A stretch of 64,000 nucleotides of DNA, taken from positions 1,696,001-1,760,000 of the forward strand of contig CM000154.2 of the NCBI GenBank assembly GCA_000004695.1. Direction: 5' to 3'. This DNA is from Dictyostelium discoideum. Lineage: Eukaryota. Numbering within the stretch: position 1 is the first letter of the stretch; each line of letters begins with the position of its first letter. The translations under genes were made by a program, and so were the position numbers. Shown piece by piece: positions 36,418-49,106 of this stretch. Below the pieces are notes generated by a model that saw nothing but the letters and a program-made list of their open reading frames with translations, searched no databases and had not been told where the DNA came from.

Positions 36418-37901
36418 TTAGGAATAAGTATAAAATGAAAAGGAATTTCCATTACTAATACATAATGATGGAAAGAATGTATTATTATTAATATTGTTAG
36501 TATTACTTGTTTCACTTTGTTGATTTGAAAAATAATCAATAAATTGTAAAGTTGATAAAGATGAGAAATGACCAATTGTTTTAATTAAACTAGCAGTTGT
36601 TGTATTCCAAATTCTTATGAAACCATCATCACCACAGGCTGATAGATATTGTTGATCAGGTGATATTGAAATACCCATTCTTTTTGAAGTACCACTATTT
36701 TTATTATGTAAATATTGAGTTACAATTTTATTTACTCTTCTATCCAATTTACTAATTTCACCATTTATTGAACCAATAATTAAATAATTATCATCAACCA
36801 ATGATTTAATGAATGATATTGAATTATTATGTGGATTTAATTTTTTATTAATAATATTAATTCCAATATTATTATTATTATTATTATTATTATTAGTATT
36901 TGAATTTGAGATTGAATTGTTTTTAAATCTAATATCTAAAGTTCTAACAATACCATCTCTTGAACCGTTAAATAATAAATTACCGTTACTGTTAAAATCT
37001 TGAATGAATATATCACTTTTTGAGAGGAATTTATTTAGTAATTTTTGATTATTTAAATCATAGAGATAACAAATTCCATTACCACCAATTGAAATTAAAT
37101 GTTCATTTTGTGGATTCCATTCTGAACACCAAACACTTGTTTCATTTAACATTAAATTTCTTAAACATTGTGCATTGGCAGGTTGAGAATTAATTGAGTA
37201 AATCCAAACTGATCCATCTTTATTACCATCACCTAATGTACAAATTGATACGATTGATGGGTACTTTAAATTAGTACGAATTGAACTAACTTCACTATCC
37301 ATTGAAAATGAACTTGAAATTCCATTTTCAATCTTTATTTCAAAATTATAATTTAAATCTTGATTTCTATTAAATAAATTATCATTATTATCATTTTTAT
37401 TGTTTTTATTATTATAACAATTAATCCAATCTATTGTTATAAATGATCTACTTGATGATATTATACCTTTAGTTATAATTTCATTATTATTGTTACTAAT
37501 ACTACTACTACTACTACTATCACCAAATATTGATAAACATGTTGATGATGTTGGTTTTGAAATTGTTTTAAATTCTGAAAAATAATTACCAATCATAATA
37601 TCCTTTATATGATAATCCAATCCAATCCTTTTTATATTTTGTGTTAATTCACGTTCTATTAAAAGGTTTGAAAGATTTTTAAATTTAATAGTTGAATTAT
37701 TTGTAGTTTGTTTAATTTTAATTGGTAATTCTTCTTCTTCTTTTTCTTTTTTCTTTTTCTCTAATAACATTTGTTGTAATTCTTTAGTTAATTTAAAGTA
37801 TCTATTCTTATCAACATCAAAATAATATCCTGGAATTTCTTTATTTACATTTTGTGTTGTATTATTATTATTATTATTTGTTGTTGTAGATGTAGTGGTG
37901 G

Positions 37902-37932
<31 letters not shown>

Positions 37933-38376
37933 AGATGAATTATTATTATTTGAAGGGGGTGAATTTGCATTACTAAGGGGTTGTGGAGGACTTAGCATTA
38001 ATAATGGTGGTGTTTTCCTTCCATTATTATTATTATTATTGTTATTATTATTGTCTATATTTAATTTATTTGAAGATATTAAAGGTGGGGTTTCAATAAA
38101 TCTATTTAATTTTGGTTTTTTATCTTTACTTTTTTTGGTTATATTGTTATTATTATTATTATTAGAATGAGATTGTGGAGGTGAAGTGGCAGTTTTATTT
38201 ATTTTTTTGCTTGTTATTTTGGTTAATTTTTCATTATTTCCATCTTGTTGTTGCCCTTCTTCTTTTTCTTCTTTTGTGAATTTATTGGATTTATTGTTTC
38301 TACTATTTTGGTTATTATTATTTATTTTATTACTTTTTTTCATTTGCTTTTGTTTTGAATTATGACGACATGCCAA
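36418..38376 (-). CDS. WD40-repeat protein, DCAF4/WDR21-like (N-terminal PGYYFDxxKNRYF motif)
   Basis: A 652-aa single ORF with a low-complexity N/T/S N-terminus. It then carries EIPGYYFDVDKNRYFKLTKE, matching the DCAF4 signature as I recall it. The C-terminal half has WD-like repeats (GSVWIYS, ISIGGNGICYLYD, LLFNGSRDGIVRTLD, GDDGFIRIWN). Poly-N and poly-T are encoded by trinucleotide runs. Confidence 0.7.
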
Positions 38377-38473
38377 AATAAAATTTCATAAAATCCCCCC
38401 CTGATTTTTTGAAAATTTTTTCATTTTTTTTATTATTTTTAATTTTTTATAAATAAAAAAAAAAAATGAAGTT

Positions 38474-38523
<50 letters not shown>

Positions 38524-38623
38524 CAATTGTTGATTAATCAAGAAACTGTATCACTTAAATAAATATTTATATATATATATATAATATATATATATTATTT
38601 ATTTATTTAATTGGTGTGTAAAT

Positions 38624-40547
38624 ATGACAAATAATAGTGGTAATTCCATTAAAACAAGACCTAAAAATATAGATGGTGATGCAGAAGATTCAACACGTTC
38701 AGAAAAGAAACCAGTTGTTTATGTTGAAGATCCACCAACCCCACCAAGATGGCTTTCTTATGAATTCATATTTTATTATATAATAATTGTTATTGGTTAT
38801 ATTGTTGTACTTAAAATGTTATTAACAAGATCAAATGGTAATTATAATAATAAATACTATTTCTTTAATTTTATTTTTATGGTACTAATCAAATTAATTT
38901 CAATAAAATAATAATAATATACATACATATAAATATATATAGAATATAATGATGGATTAAAAGAAAATAAAGGTATTGTTGAAGGTTGGTTTTTAGGTAG
39001 AAAACAAGATTTATCAGATACACAATATAAGATATATAGACAAAATTTCCCATTACTTTCAATTGGTTTATCAATTTTCTTATTCGTTAGTGCTTCTATT
39101 CGTAAAAACTTTCCAGTTTGTATCTTTATATAATAATAATAATTATAATTATAATAATTATAATTATAATAATTATAATAAATATAGATTATTAATTTTT
39201 AAATTTTTAAATTTTTTTTTTTAATTAAAAAAAAAATAGGATAAACCATTTGTTAGAATTTTATTTTATAATATTATATCATTAGGATTTTTAATATTTG
39301 TACATGGATCATCAACAATTATTGTATTAGGTATTGCAATTATTAATTTTAGTATTAGTAGAATTTTTGAAAGATCAAAGATGTTACCAGCAGTTACATG
39401 GATTTTCAATTTAATTATATTATGGACATGTTACATTTATGAAGGATATTCATTCAAAAGTTTATCAGGATTATTGGGTGATGAAACTTGTGTTTGGTTA
39501 GATAGTCATAAAGGATTCCTAAGTTGGGAGACATATTTCAAAGTTAGTATGTTAAGATTCATTAGTTATAACAATGATTATTATTGGGCAAAATCAAAGA
39601 GACCAGTGGTCGACCTTAAGGGAAAGAGCGCCTATTTCATAGCACAAGAACGTCATCAACCAATGGAACATTACTCATTCTCACATTTCCTTGCATACAT
39701 TTTCTATATACCATTGTATATTGCAGGACCAATCACAACATTCAATGCATTCACAGCACAAGTTTATAACCCACAAAAGACCTACTCTTTCGGTGATTTG
39801 GTTAAAGCAAGTATAAAGATACTTTTGGTGTTTTTGGGACTTGAGATCTGCCTACACTATTGTTATTATCATTCATTCGATAAGAGTGATGTATGGATGA
39901 CATTCACCGGTGCAGAGGTTGCATTGACCGGTTACTTGGTATTGAATTTCATGTATGTAAAATTCTTAATCATTTGGAGAACCTTTAGATTGTTTGCCTT
40001 GTTTGATGGTATCGATACACCAGAGAATATGAACCGTTGTGTCAATAATAACTATACATTCACTGGCTTTTGGAGATCTTGGCATGGCGCTTTCAACAAA
40101 TGGACCATTCGTTATCTTTACATTCCATTGGGTGGAAAGAAAACTCAATTCGTCTCAATTTGGATCATCTTTTTCTTCATTGGATTATGGCATGACCTTT
40201 GGTTAAGTTGGATTGCTTGGGCCCTCTTAAATTGTGTTTTCTTCTCAATTGAAATTGGTATCATGTTTTATTTCTATCATCCAAAACGTTTACCACTCCG
40301 TCGTAAATGGTATTGGAGATTCATGGTTGCCATTGCTGGTACTTTCAATATCTTTTTATTAATGGTTGCAAATTTGGCTATCCTCCATGGTTTCGAAAAT
40401 TCAATTATCTTTATTCACAATGCTTTCTTTGTACCTGGTGGTCCAACCGCTTTCATTTTAGCTTATTCTTGGTTATTCTGTGGTATTATGGTAATGATTG
40501 AACTACGTGAATCTGAAAAACGTTCAAAAGAAATTAAACCATTTTAA
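38624..40547 (+). CDS. MBOAT-family membrane-bound O-acyltransferase, GUP1/HHAT-like, 3 exons, 564 aa
   Basis: Exon 1, 38624..38837 (donor GTAATT). Exon 2, 38943..39115 (donor GTTTGT). Exon 3, 39240..40547. The MBOAT signature is WRSWHGAFNKWTIRYLYIPLGG, and an invariant His lies in a hydrophobic context (WHDLW). The protein is multi-pass hydrophobic. The phases are consistent (1695 nt). Confidence 0.85.
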
Positions 40548-40665
40548 TTAATAAATAAATAAATAAATAAATAAAATAAATAAAAAAAATAAAAAAATTA
40601 AAAAAATTAAAAATTTAGATTTAAGGTTTTTGATTTTTGATTTTAGATTTTATATTTTATTTATT

Positions 40666-43403
40666 TTAATATTTTTTTTTTAATTGGGTAATCATAACTT
40701 TCCTTTTCTTATTTAAATTATTATTTCCCCAAAATGTTTCTTCTTCTGTTGTTGTTGTTGTTGGTGTTGATGATGTTGATGTTGTATTTGTTGGTTTGGT
40801 TTTTAAAAAGTCATTGCTATTATTCTTCTTTTCATTTACACTTGTACTACCAAAATTAAAACTAAATTTAGTTGGTTGAGATGATTTTGCCATTGTTGTT
40901 GATGATTTATTTAATTTTGAATTCTTTTCTTCTTTTTCTTTTTTATCATTTTCTTTTACAATTGAAAATATATTAAAACTACTTTCTTCTTTTTCATCAT
41001 TATTATTATTATTATTACTATTATTATTACTATTACTATTATTAATATTAGGTTTATTTTCATTTGTTGGTTTTATAAATAATGATCTCCATGATTGGGC
41101 AACTTTAATATCATTCTTTAAAACTTTTTTAACATTTGGATTTTGAATTTGTTTTTTTTTATTTGATTTTGATTTTGATTTTGATTTTTCTGATTCTGAC
41201 TCTTTCTCTGATTCTGATTCTGATTCTGACTCTGATTCTGATTCTGACTCTGACTCTTTCTCTGATTCTGATTCTGATTCTTTCTCTGATTGAGATTCTG
41301 ATTCTGATTCTGACTCTGATGAATTAGTAACATCTTTATTTGATTCCTTTTCACTTTCATCTTTACTTTCACTTTCACTTTCACTTTGGTTTGATTTTCC
41401 TTCAATATCCATTGAATCTTCTTTATCGTTTTCACTTGATTTATCTTCCTCGTCTTCTTTTTCACTTTGGCTGCTGCTTTGATTGTCATCACCATTTTTG
41501 GTATCTGGTGTGTCTTCATTTTCAATCTCACTTTGACTTTCACTTTCGCTATCACTTTCACTTTCACTTTCACTTTCATTTGATTTGTTATCAATAACCA
41601 TTGAATCATCTTTTTCATTCTCATTTTCACTTTCACTNNNNNNNNNNNNNNNNNNNNNNNNNNNNNNNNNNNNNNNNNNNNNNNNNNNNNNNNNNNNNNN
41701 NNNNNNNNNNNNNNNNNNNNNNNNNNNNNNNNNNNNNATAATTATTTGATGATTTATTTTCACCATCACTATCACTTTCGAATAAAACCATATCCTCACC
41801 TGAATGTGATGTGGCAGTGAATGAAGCTGCAACTTTTGATTGTTCCATTCTTCTCTTTCTAAAGGCCTCTTGTCTCTTTCTTTCACCATCTAGAGCAGAT
41901 TGTTTTTTAATATCATAATCAATAACTTTTTCTTCATATTGACCACTTTCATTTTCTGAATAACTTTTTTTATTATTTTTTAATTCATTTTTATAATAAT
42001 TTTCATCATATTCTTCTTCTCCTTCACCATAACCATATCCATCTTCACCATAATAATTTTCATCATATCCCTCTTCACCATAACCACCATTATTATTATT
42101 ATTATTATTATTATTATAATTATTATTATTATTATTTTCACTATTGTAACTATTTTTATGTTTATTATATTCATTATTATAATCATTATTAATATTTCTA
42201 TTGTTATTGTTATTATTAAATTGAGAACCATCATAATAATCACTCTCATAAAATGCACCATAACCTTTATTAAAATCATTTGATTTATTTTCATTATTTG
42301 GTACAATACTATTTTCTTCATTATTATTTTCATCATTAAATGATACAGCACCTCTATAACTATCATCATTATTATTATTATTATTATTATTATAATTATT
42401 ATAATTATTATTATAATTATTATTATAATTATCCCTACTACTATTATTATAATTATCTCTATTATTTCTATTATTTCTATTATCATTTTCAATTAAACCA
42501 TCTAAAAATTGATACTCTTTTGAAAATTGTGAATGTTTTGGTTTATTATTTTCAAAACTATTTTCTCTAGCCCATTCTGGATGTTGTTTTCTATATTCTA
42601 AATATCTTTCATACATAGCATGCATTGATTTCTTTTCTAATCTTAATCTCTTTCTAAATTTTACATTTTCTTCATCTCTTCTCTTTTCAATTTCTTTTTC
42701 TTCTTGTAATCTTTCTTCTTCTTTTTTCTTTAAAATTTCTTCTTCTTCTTCTTTTTCTTTTTTTTTAATATCATTTAATTTCTCTAAATAATTTGGTTTT
42801 GCTTTTTGAATTTTTAATACTGATCCTTTCCATTTAGTTTTATTTAAAACACTTAATGCTAAAAAAAAAATAATAAAAAAATAAAAAAATAAAAAATATT
42901 AATATATATATATATATATATTTTAATAATTTACAATATTATTATTATTTACCTTTATTTAAAGAATCAATGGTTGGGAAATAAACATTTAAATAAGCGA
43001 AACCTTTATATTGATTTGAAGATATATCATTAATAAATTCTAATTTTTCTAATTTTGTATCTTTAATCATTGAAGAGAATAAATTATCAATTTCAGAGAA
43101 TTGAATAGTTGGGTTTAAACCACCAACATATAATCTAATGGTNTTTGGATATTTATCAGCTTCAATTTGTCTTAATCTTTCTCTTTCTTCTTGTTTCTCT
43201 TTTTCAATTCTTTGTTTCTCTAATTCTGCATCTTTAACTGCTTGTTCTGCTTTATCATGTTCTTCCATTAACAGTTTCAATTCCTCTTGCTTCTTTCTTT
43301 CCTCCTCTTCAAGTTTACGTTTATCTTCTTCTTCTCTTTCTTTTTGTAAACCTTCATAATAGAAGTTCATCATACCACCAAACCTAAAATCAAAATCTCC
43401 CAT
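40666..43403 (-). CDS. Nucleolar protein 8 (NOL8/Nop8)-like RRM protein; CDS is interrupted by a 100-N assembly gap
   Basis: Exon 1, 42953..43403: an N-terminal K/E coiled coil followed by the RRM RLYVGGLNPTIQFSEIDNLFS...KGFAYLNVYFPTIDSLNKG, with a GTAAAT donor. Exon 2 starts at 42858 (acceptor AG at 42859-42860): ALSVLNKTKWKGSVLKIQKAKPNYLEKL, matching the NOL8 box SVLNKTKWKGGTLQIQLAK. Long N/Y-rich and S/E-rich acidic repeats run to the stop at 40666-40668. N's at 41638-41737 fall inside this exon, so the frame across the gap is unknown. A single N at 43143 gives an X in the RRM. Confidence 0.7.
41638..41737. other. Assembly gap (100 N) inside the NOL8-like coding exon
   Basis: A run of n characters. 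Both flanks encode S/E-rich acidic repeats on the minus strand. Confidence 0.99.
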
Positions 43404-43512
43404 TTTTTTCCCTTTCTTTAAAATAATTACTATTTAAAAATAATAATTATAAATATTAAAAAAAATTATTTAAAAAATAAAAAATAATATAATGATTATT
43501 AAATAAGGACAA

Positions 43513-43549
<37 letters not shown>

Positions 43550-43558
43550 GAACGAAGC

Positions 43559-43589
<31 letters not shown>

Positions 43590-43901
43590 AAAAAAAAAAA
43601 AAAATAAAAAATTTGAAAAAAAAAAAGAATGATTACATTTATATTTTATATTTTTTAAATCATTTTGTGTATTTTTGAGTTCTATTTATCTTTAAAATAA
43701 ATAAAATCGTTGCTATAAAAAATAAAATTTAAATTAAAAATAAAATGAAAAAAAGGAAAAAAAAAATGGAAAAAAAAAAAAAAAGGGAAAAAAAAAGGGA
43801 AAAAAAAAAAAAAGTCAACTTTTTACCTTTTTTTTTTATAAGGACCAAGAATTAATTTTATAAATAAAAAAATAAATAAAAATTTTAAAATGGTTATTTT
43901 A

Positions 43902-45216
43902 TTAATAAATATTTTTTTGATAATGTTCAGTACTTTTCTTTTGTTTAACAGAAAGGAATAAATGAACTCTTCTATTGAAAATTTTTTCCAAATCTTTTTT
44001 TGATTCCAAATAGATTGATTTAATTGTTTGACCCATTTTTACCAAGGATAAAGGCTTTATGAGATGATTTTGTTACGATGAAATCATGATCGATTCTGAG
44101 ATCACCATTTTTAAAATTTGTCCAACCAATTGTTGATTGAACCACACTATAGGGTATTTCATATCTAAGTTTTGAATAAAGTTTCTCTTTAATTATTTCC
44201 TCTGCTCTAAAGAAATCACTTTGATTGGTTGATGTTTTATCAGTGAATTCCCATTGTCCAGGTTTTGCCTTGGTAAGTAAAAAGTTTGTAAGATCCTCCA
44301 CTCTAATATTTGAAGTGGCGGAAACTATAAATGTATCGGTAAAAATGTTACCTTCATTTAATTGAGATATCATTTGAACTAGAGTTTCCTTCTTTTTAAC
44401 CAAATCAACTTTATTTACCACCAATATGAATTCCTTCTCATCCAAACTATCATTCACTATTGCGCCCAATTCTTCATTGGAGGCGGTGGCAGCATTCGCT
44501 TTGGCATTGGTTTGTTCCATTCTCATTCTTTTAATTAAATTTAACATTTGTTCTTCCAATTTACCAACGATGAATTCTGTATCTGATGAATTATTATTAG
44601 TGGCATCAACAACCAATAAAACAATGTCAGCCTCTTTAACTACACCCCATGCTAAATTTACAAATTCACGTACATGTGCCATCCTATTGAAATTCTTTAT
44701 TATACCAGGTGTGTCGTGAAATAGAATTTGTGTATCATCTTTTGAGTAAATACCCAATACTGCATCTCTTGTGGTATGTTCGGTTGGTGATACTGCACAT
44801 ATCTTTTCACCAACTATTGAATTGACCAAGGTTGACTTTCCTGCATTGGGTGCTCCAATAATTGCAACATTCAATGTCTTGGCATTTTCATTGTGTATTG
44901 GTGTTTCCAATTGCATTGATTGTTCTGTGATATCTGGTGGTGTAATATTATAACTTCTAACAACACGTTTTCTTTTAATTGGTTGTGCTCTTTCTTCTCT
45001 AATCTTTTTATCTTGTTCCTCTAATATATTAATTTGATGTTGTATTGGATTAACATTTACACCATATCTTTTCATAATTGAATAATCTCTATAGAAACAT
45101 ATGTTTTTAAAATTATTTCCACTATTTATAATTATACCATCGGTTTTTAATATATTCCTTTTATTTAAAAAATTTTCATTTATTACTTTTAAAATTTTAT
45201 TTGAATTTCTTATCAT
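43902..45216 (-). CDS. Era-type GTPase (ERAL1/Era homolog, mitochondrial ribosome-assembly GTPase) with an apparent +1 frame disruption in the KH domain near 44028
   Basis: ORF 44020..45216. It contains GAPNAGKSTLVNSIVGEKICAVSPTEHTTRDAVLGIY (G1 and G2), DTPGI (G3) and NKVDL (G4), followed by a KH-domain start IPYSVVQSTIGWTNFKNGDLRIDHDFIVTKSSHKAFILGKNG. It ends prematurely at SNN* right after an A5 run. Removing one A gives LGKMGQTIKSIYLESKKDLEKIFNRRVHLFLSVKQKK...*, ending at 43902-43904, which reproduces the Era/ERAL1 C-terminal pattern (IGPKG..ISQIA.EAG.DL.DIF...V.IRLSVK). Confidence 0.8.
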
Positions 45217-46049
45217 TTCTTATTTTTTGGAAAAAAAAAAAAAAAATTATTATATATGTGTTTCGTTCGTTTTTATTTACATTTAAAAAAAAAAAAAAAA
45301 AAAAAAAAATAATAAAAATAAAATTCTTTTCAACTTTTTTTTTTTTTTTTTCAACTTTTTTTTTATTTTTTTCAACTTTTTTTTTTTTTTTTTGATCATT
45401 TTTTTTTTTTACAATTTATCAATAATAAATAATATTAATTTTTTTAGAATTATATGTAGACATTATTTAAACAATTCTGGGGTGATGCAATAAAAAATGG
45501 AATTAAAAATTTTTTTTAAAGAAAAAAAAGAGGGGGGCATAATGATGAAAAAAAAAAGATATCGTTTCGTCCATTGAAATTTCATTCTGTTTAGAGTTGA
45601 TTTTACTTTTTTTTTTTTTTTTTCTCTTTTATATTTTATATTTTCATTTATTTTATTTATTTTGATTATTTTTATTTATAAAAATCATTAATTTAAATTA
45701 AAAAATAAAAAAAAAAATAAAAAAATAATAAAATTAAAAAATAAAAAAAAATAAGAAATAAAAAAGATGATAGGCAGGTTGAATTTTCTAGTAAATGGAT
45801 AATCCTGATGAATTATGAGGATTAATCTTCTCACTGATGAAATGTCCTTTTTTTTTTTTTTTTATTTAAATAAATTTTTACTCCATTTTTTATTGTATTA
45901 TTGCTGAATTGTTTATTTCTTGTTTATTTTTGTTGCCTTCCCAACAACATATTTTTCTCATAATTAAAATATTATTTTTTATTTTTATTTTTTTTATTAT
46001 TTTATTTTTTGTTTTGTGTAGTTTTATTTTTGGGAAAATGGGTTGGGAG

Positions 46050-46092
<43 letters not shown>

Positions 46093-46237
46093 AATCAATA
46101 TTTTTTTTGTGATGACTTTTCCGATTTGGGAAGGGTGCTTTTACTGTAAAAAATTTGATTTTTATTTGATTTTTTTTGATTTTTTTTTTTTTTTTTTATG
46201 AGTGAGTTATTCAAAATTGTGGACTCCACATCAAAAA

Positions 46238-46269
<32 letters not shown>

Positions 46270-46632
46270 GTCTCCCAACCCATTTTTTTTTTTTCTGTCA
46301 CATAATATCAATTCTTTTCAAGGGTAGAGAATTTATTTAATTTATTTTCTATTTTTATTATATATATATATATATATTTTTTTTTTTTTTAATTAAAAAA
46401 ATAAATAAAATTGAATAGTAGCAAATTGTAGTACTTGTTGTGGTAATAATAATAATAAAAATAATAATTAATTAATAATAATAATAATAATAATAATTGT
46501 AGTTAATAATAGTAAAAGCAGTTAGATTATAGTAGTAATAGTAATATTATTACTAATAGTGGTATAAATTAATTTATAGTTTATCTTGCCATTAGACTTA
46601 TATCATCATTTATTACATCATTATTTTTTTTT

Positions 46633-46736
<104 letters not shown>

Positions 46737-46913
46737 TTTTTTTTAATAAAAAAAAAAAAAAAATTTCCCCCAAACCCCCAAAATTTGGGGGGGGGCCCCC
46801 ATTTTAAAAATTTCCCCCCCCCCCCCCCTTAAAAAAAAAAACCGGCCCAAAAGGGTTTAAAAAAAAGGGGTTAAAAAGGGTCTTATTAAGAATTGGTGAG
46901 GTAAAAAAAAAAG

Positions 46914-47013
46914 NNNNNNNNNNNNNNNNNNNNNNNNNNNNNNNNNNNNNNNNNNNNNNNNNNNNNNNNNNNNNNNNNNNNNNNNNNNNNNNNNNNNNNN
47001 NNNNNNNNNNNNN
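46914..47013. other. Assembly gap (100 N) with low-quality homopolymer stutter on both flanks
   Basis: Flanks such as cccccaaacccccaaaatttgggggggggccccc, tttcccccccccccccc and ggggggggggggaaaagcc are uncharacteristic of this genome and typical of degraded read ends. Confidence 0.95.
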
Positions 47014-47240
47014 GGGGGGGGGGGAAAAGCCTGGGTGAAAAAAGGTGCCTTTATTTAAATCCCTATGATAAAAAATCTTTTTTGTGCCAATTGTGTTTGT
47101 TGATCCAACCCCCTGGGGGAAGTTTAATTTAATTTTAATTTTAATTTTGGTTTTTAATTTTTTTTTTTTTTTAATTTTTTTTTAATTTTAAATTTAATTT
47201 CCTTAATTAAATTAATTTTTTGGTTAAATTAATATCCCCC

Positions 47241-47271
<31 letters not shown>

Positions 47272-47468
47272 TAGATTGTGGGGTGCGTTAAAAAAATTTT
47301 CCTTTTGTTTTTTTTTTTTAATTCTTTCCATAATTTTTTTTTTTTTTTTTTTTTTAATTTTTTAATTTTTTTTAATATTATTATTTATATATTGTTGTTA
47401 TAACATAAAAATAAAAATAAAAATAAAAATAATAATATAATAATAAAATAAATAAATTATAATTGTAA

Positions 47469-47501
<33 letters not shown>

Positions 47502-48502
47502 TAATAATTATTTAATTTTTCATCATCAACATCACTATCAATCAAAAAGTAAATTATTTAAAAAATAAAGTTGGTTTGTGAGAAACTTTTTGGTGACAAT
47601 CAATTCTAAAATCCTCTCAACTATAAATAGAAAAAAGAGTGATACTTTTAACAACAATAATTCTCAAAAAAAAAAAAAAAAAAAAAAAAAATAATAATAA
47701 TAATAAAAATAAAAATAATAGTAATTATTAGTTTTTATTAAATGAATATATTTTCTTATATTCAAAGTTTGTGGTTCCTTAAAAAGTAAATTCTACCCAC
47801 CTTCACCTTCATTATTAATTATTAGTTTAGAATTAAAAAAAAAAAATAAAAAAATAAAAAGGATTTATATAACAAATCAATATAGGCCAATTTTCGATGT
47901 ATTAATTGACAAATTATCACTTTATCAATTTCGAATAAATTAAAATTTTTTTTTATTTAATTATTGTTTTTTTTATTTATTTATTTAATAATATTATTTT
48001 TTTAATTTATTTTTATTATTATTATTTTTTTTTTTTGCAATTCCAACAATATCATCATCGATTACACCACACACATTTTCAAACTTATACCCCCACACAA
48101 TTAATAATAATTATTATTTGGTTGATTAAAAAAAAAAAAAAAAAAAAAACAAAAAAAAAAAAAAAAAACTAACCAAAGACAAAAAAAAAATCCAAAATTA
48201 AAATTTTTATCTTGTTTATATGTTTTATAAATAACTAACGCAATATATATATATATATATATATAGATAACTTCCTTTTTTAAAATCAATTCAACCAAAA
48301 TAATATTATACTTTTTTAAAATCAAAACCAACAACCCCATTTTTATTTTTATTTTTTTTTTTATTTTATTTTTATTTTATTTAATTTTTTTAAAGTTGTT
48401 CAAAAATATATCTATTTTTATAACACAATCCATTTTTATTTTATTTTATTTTAAATTTTTTTTTTTTTTTTTTTTTTTTTTAATTATATTATTTTGCATA
48501 CT

Positions 48503-48554
<52 letters not shown>

Positions 48555-48821
48555 CATCATTTAAACAATCCATCTAATTATTTAATTTTATCTTTTTTCT
48601 TTTCTTTCTTTTTTTTTATTTCATAGAAATTTTTTAAAATAAAAAAAATTAAAAATTCATAAAAAAAGTCAATTTAATCAGTAAAAATAATATATAAAGA
48701 AAAATAAAAATAGAAATAAAAATAGAAATAAATAAATAAATAAAAAAAAAAAGAATTAAAAAGAAAAAAAAAAGAAAAGAAAAAAAAAAAAAAAGTATAT
48801 ATATAAAAAAAAATCAAAAAA

Positions 48822-49106
48822 ATGATTTTACAAGTCAGAGTTAAATTTCCATCAGATTATCCAGTTATTTATAAAACAATTAGGTTGGATAATTCATTAA
48901 CAGTGCAAGAGGCAATTTTAGCAATTGGTCAAGCAATTAATGTAACACCAGCTTCAGATTTGGGATTATATTTACCAGACGATCCAAAGCATTTAACAGA
49001 TACAGAATTACTTTCCTCATTTGAAAGTTTTAGTGATGCTCAATATATAGAATTAAAATCAAAGAAATCTAGTAAAAATAAAGATAGTTGCTGTACTATC
49101 ATGTAA
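48822..49106 (+). CDS. Small hypothetical protein (94 aa) with a ubiquitin-like/Ras-association-like N-terminus and a C-terminal polybasic plus CAAX prenylation motif
   Basis: MILQVRVKFPSDYPVIYKTIRLDNSLTVQEAILAIGQAINVTPASDLGLYLPDDP...ELKSKKSSKNKDSCCTIM*. The CTIM at the end is a CaaX box, and a second Cys plus a Lys-rich stretch lie upstream of it. It is a single ORF with an ATG start. Confidence 0.5.
   Translation: MILQVRVKFPSDYPVIYKTIRLDNSLTVQEAILAIGQAINVTPASDLGLYLPDDPKHLTDTELLSSFESFSDAQYIELKSKKSSKNKDSCCTIM

Noticed and set aside
36809-38170. Plus-strand ORFs 36809..37003 and 37895..38170 (poly-L / poly-V), antisense to the DCAF4-like gene
   Set aside because: They are antisense to poly-N/poly-T coding repeats of the WD40 gene.
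41118-42570. Alternate-frame ORFs over the NOL8-like repeat region (41118..41636, 41136..41327, 41340..41597, 41980..42492, 42340..42570)
   Set aside because: They arise from alternative readings of the same SE/KE/NY repeats. The homology-supported frame is the one encoding the RRM and the SVLNKTKWKG box.
44426-44953. Plus-strand ORFs 44426..44719 and 44771..44953, antisense to Era
   Set aside because: They are embedded in the Era GTPase coding exon on the opposite strand and have no motifs.
45101-46301. Poly-F/K ORFs (45101..45286, 45201..45395, 45909..46112, 46095..46301) and ORF 46586..46807
   Set aside because: They are homopolymer-derived. The last one spans the poly(A)96 tract and the low-quality gap flank.
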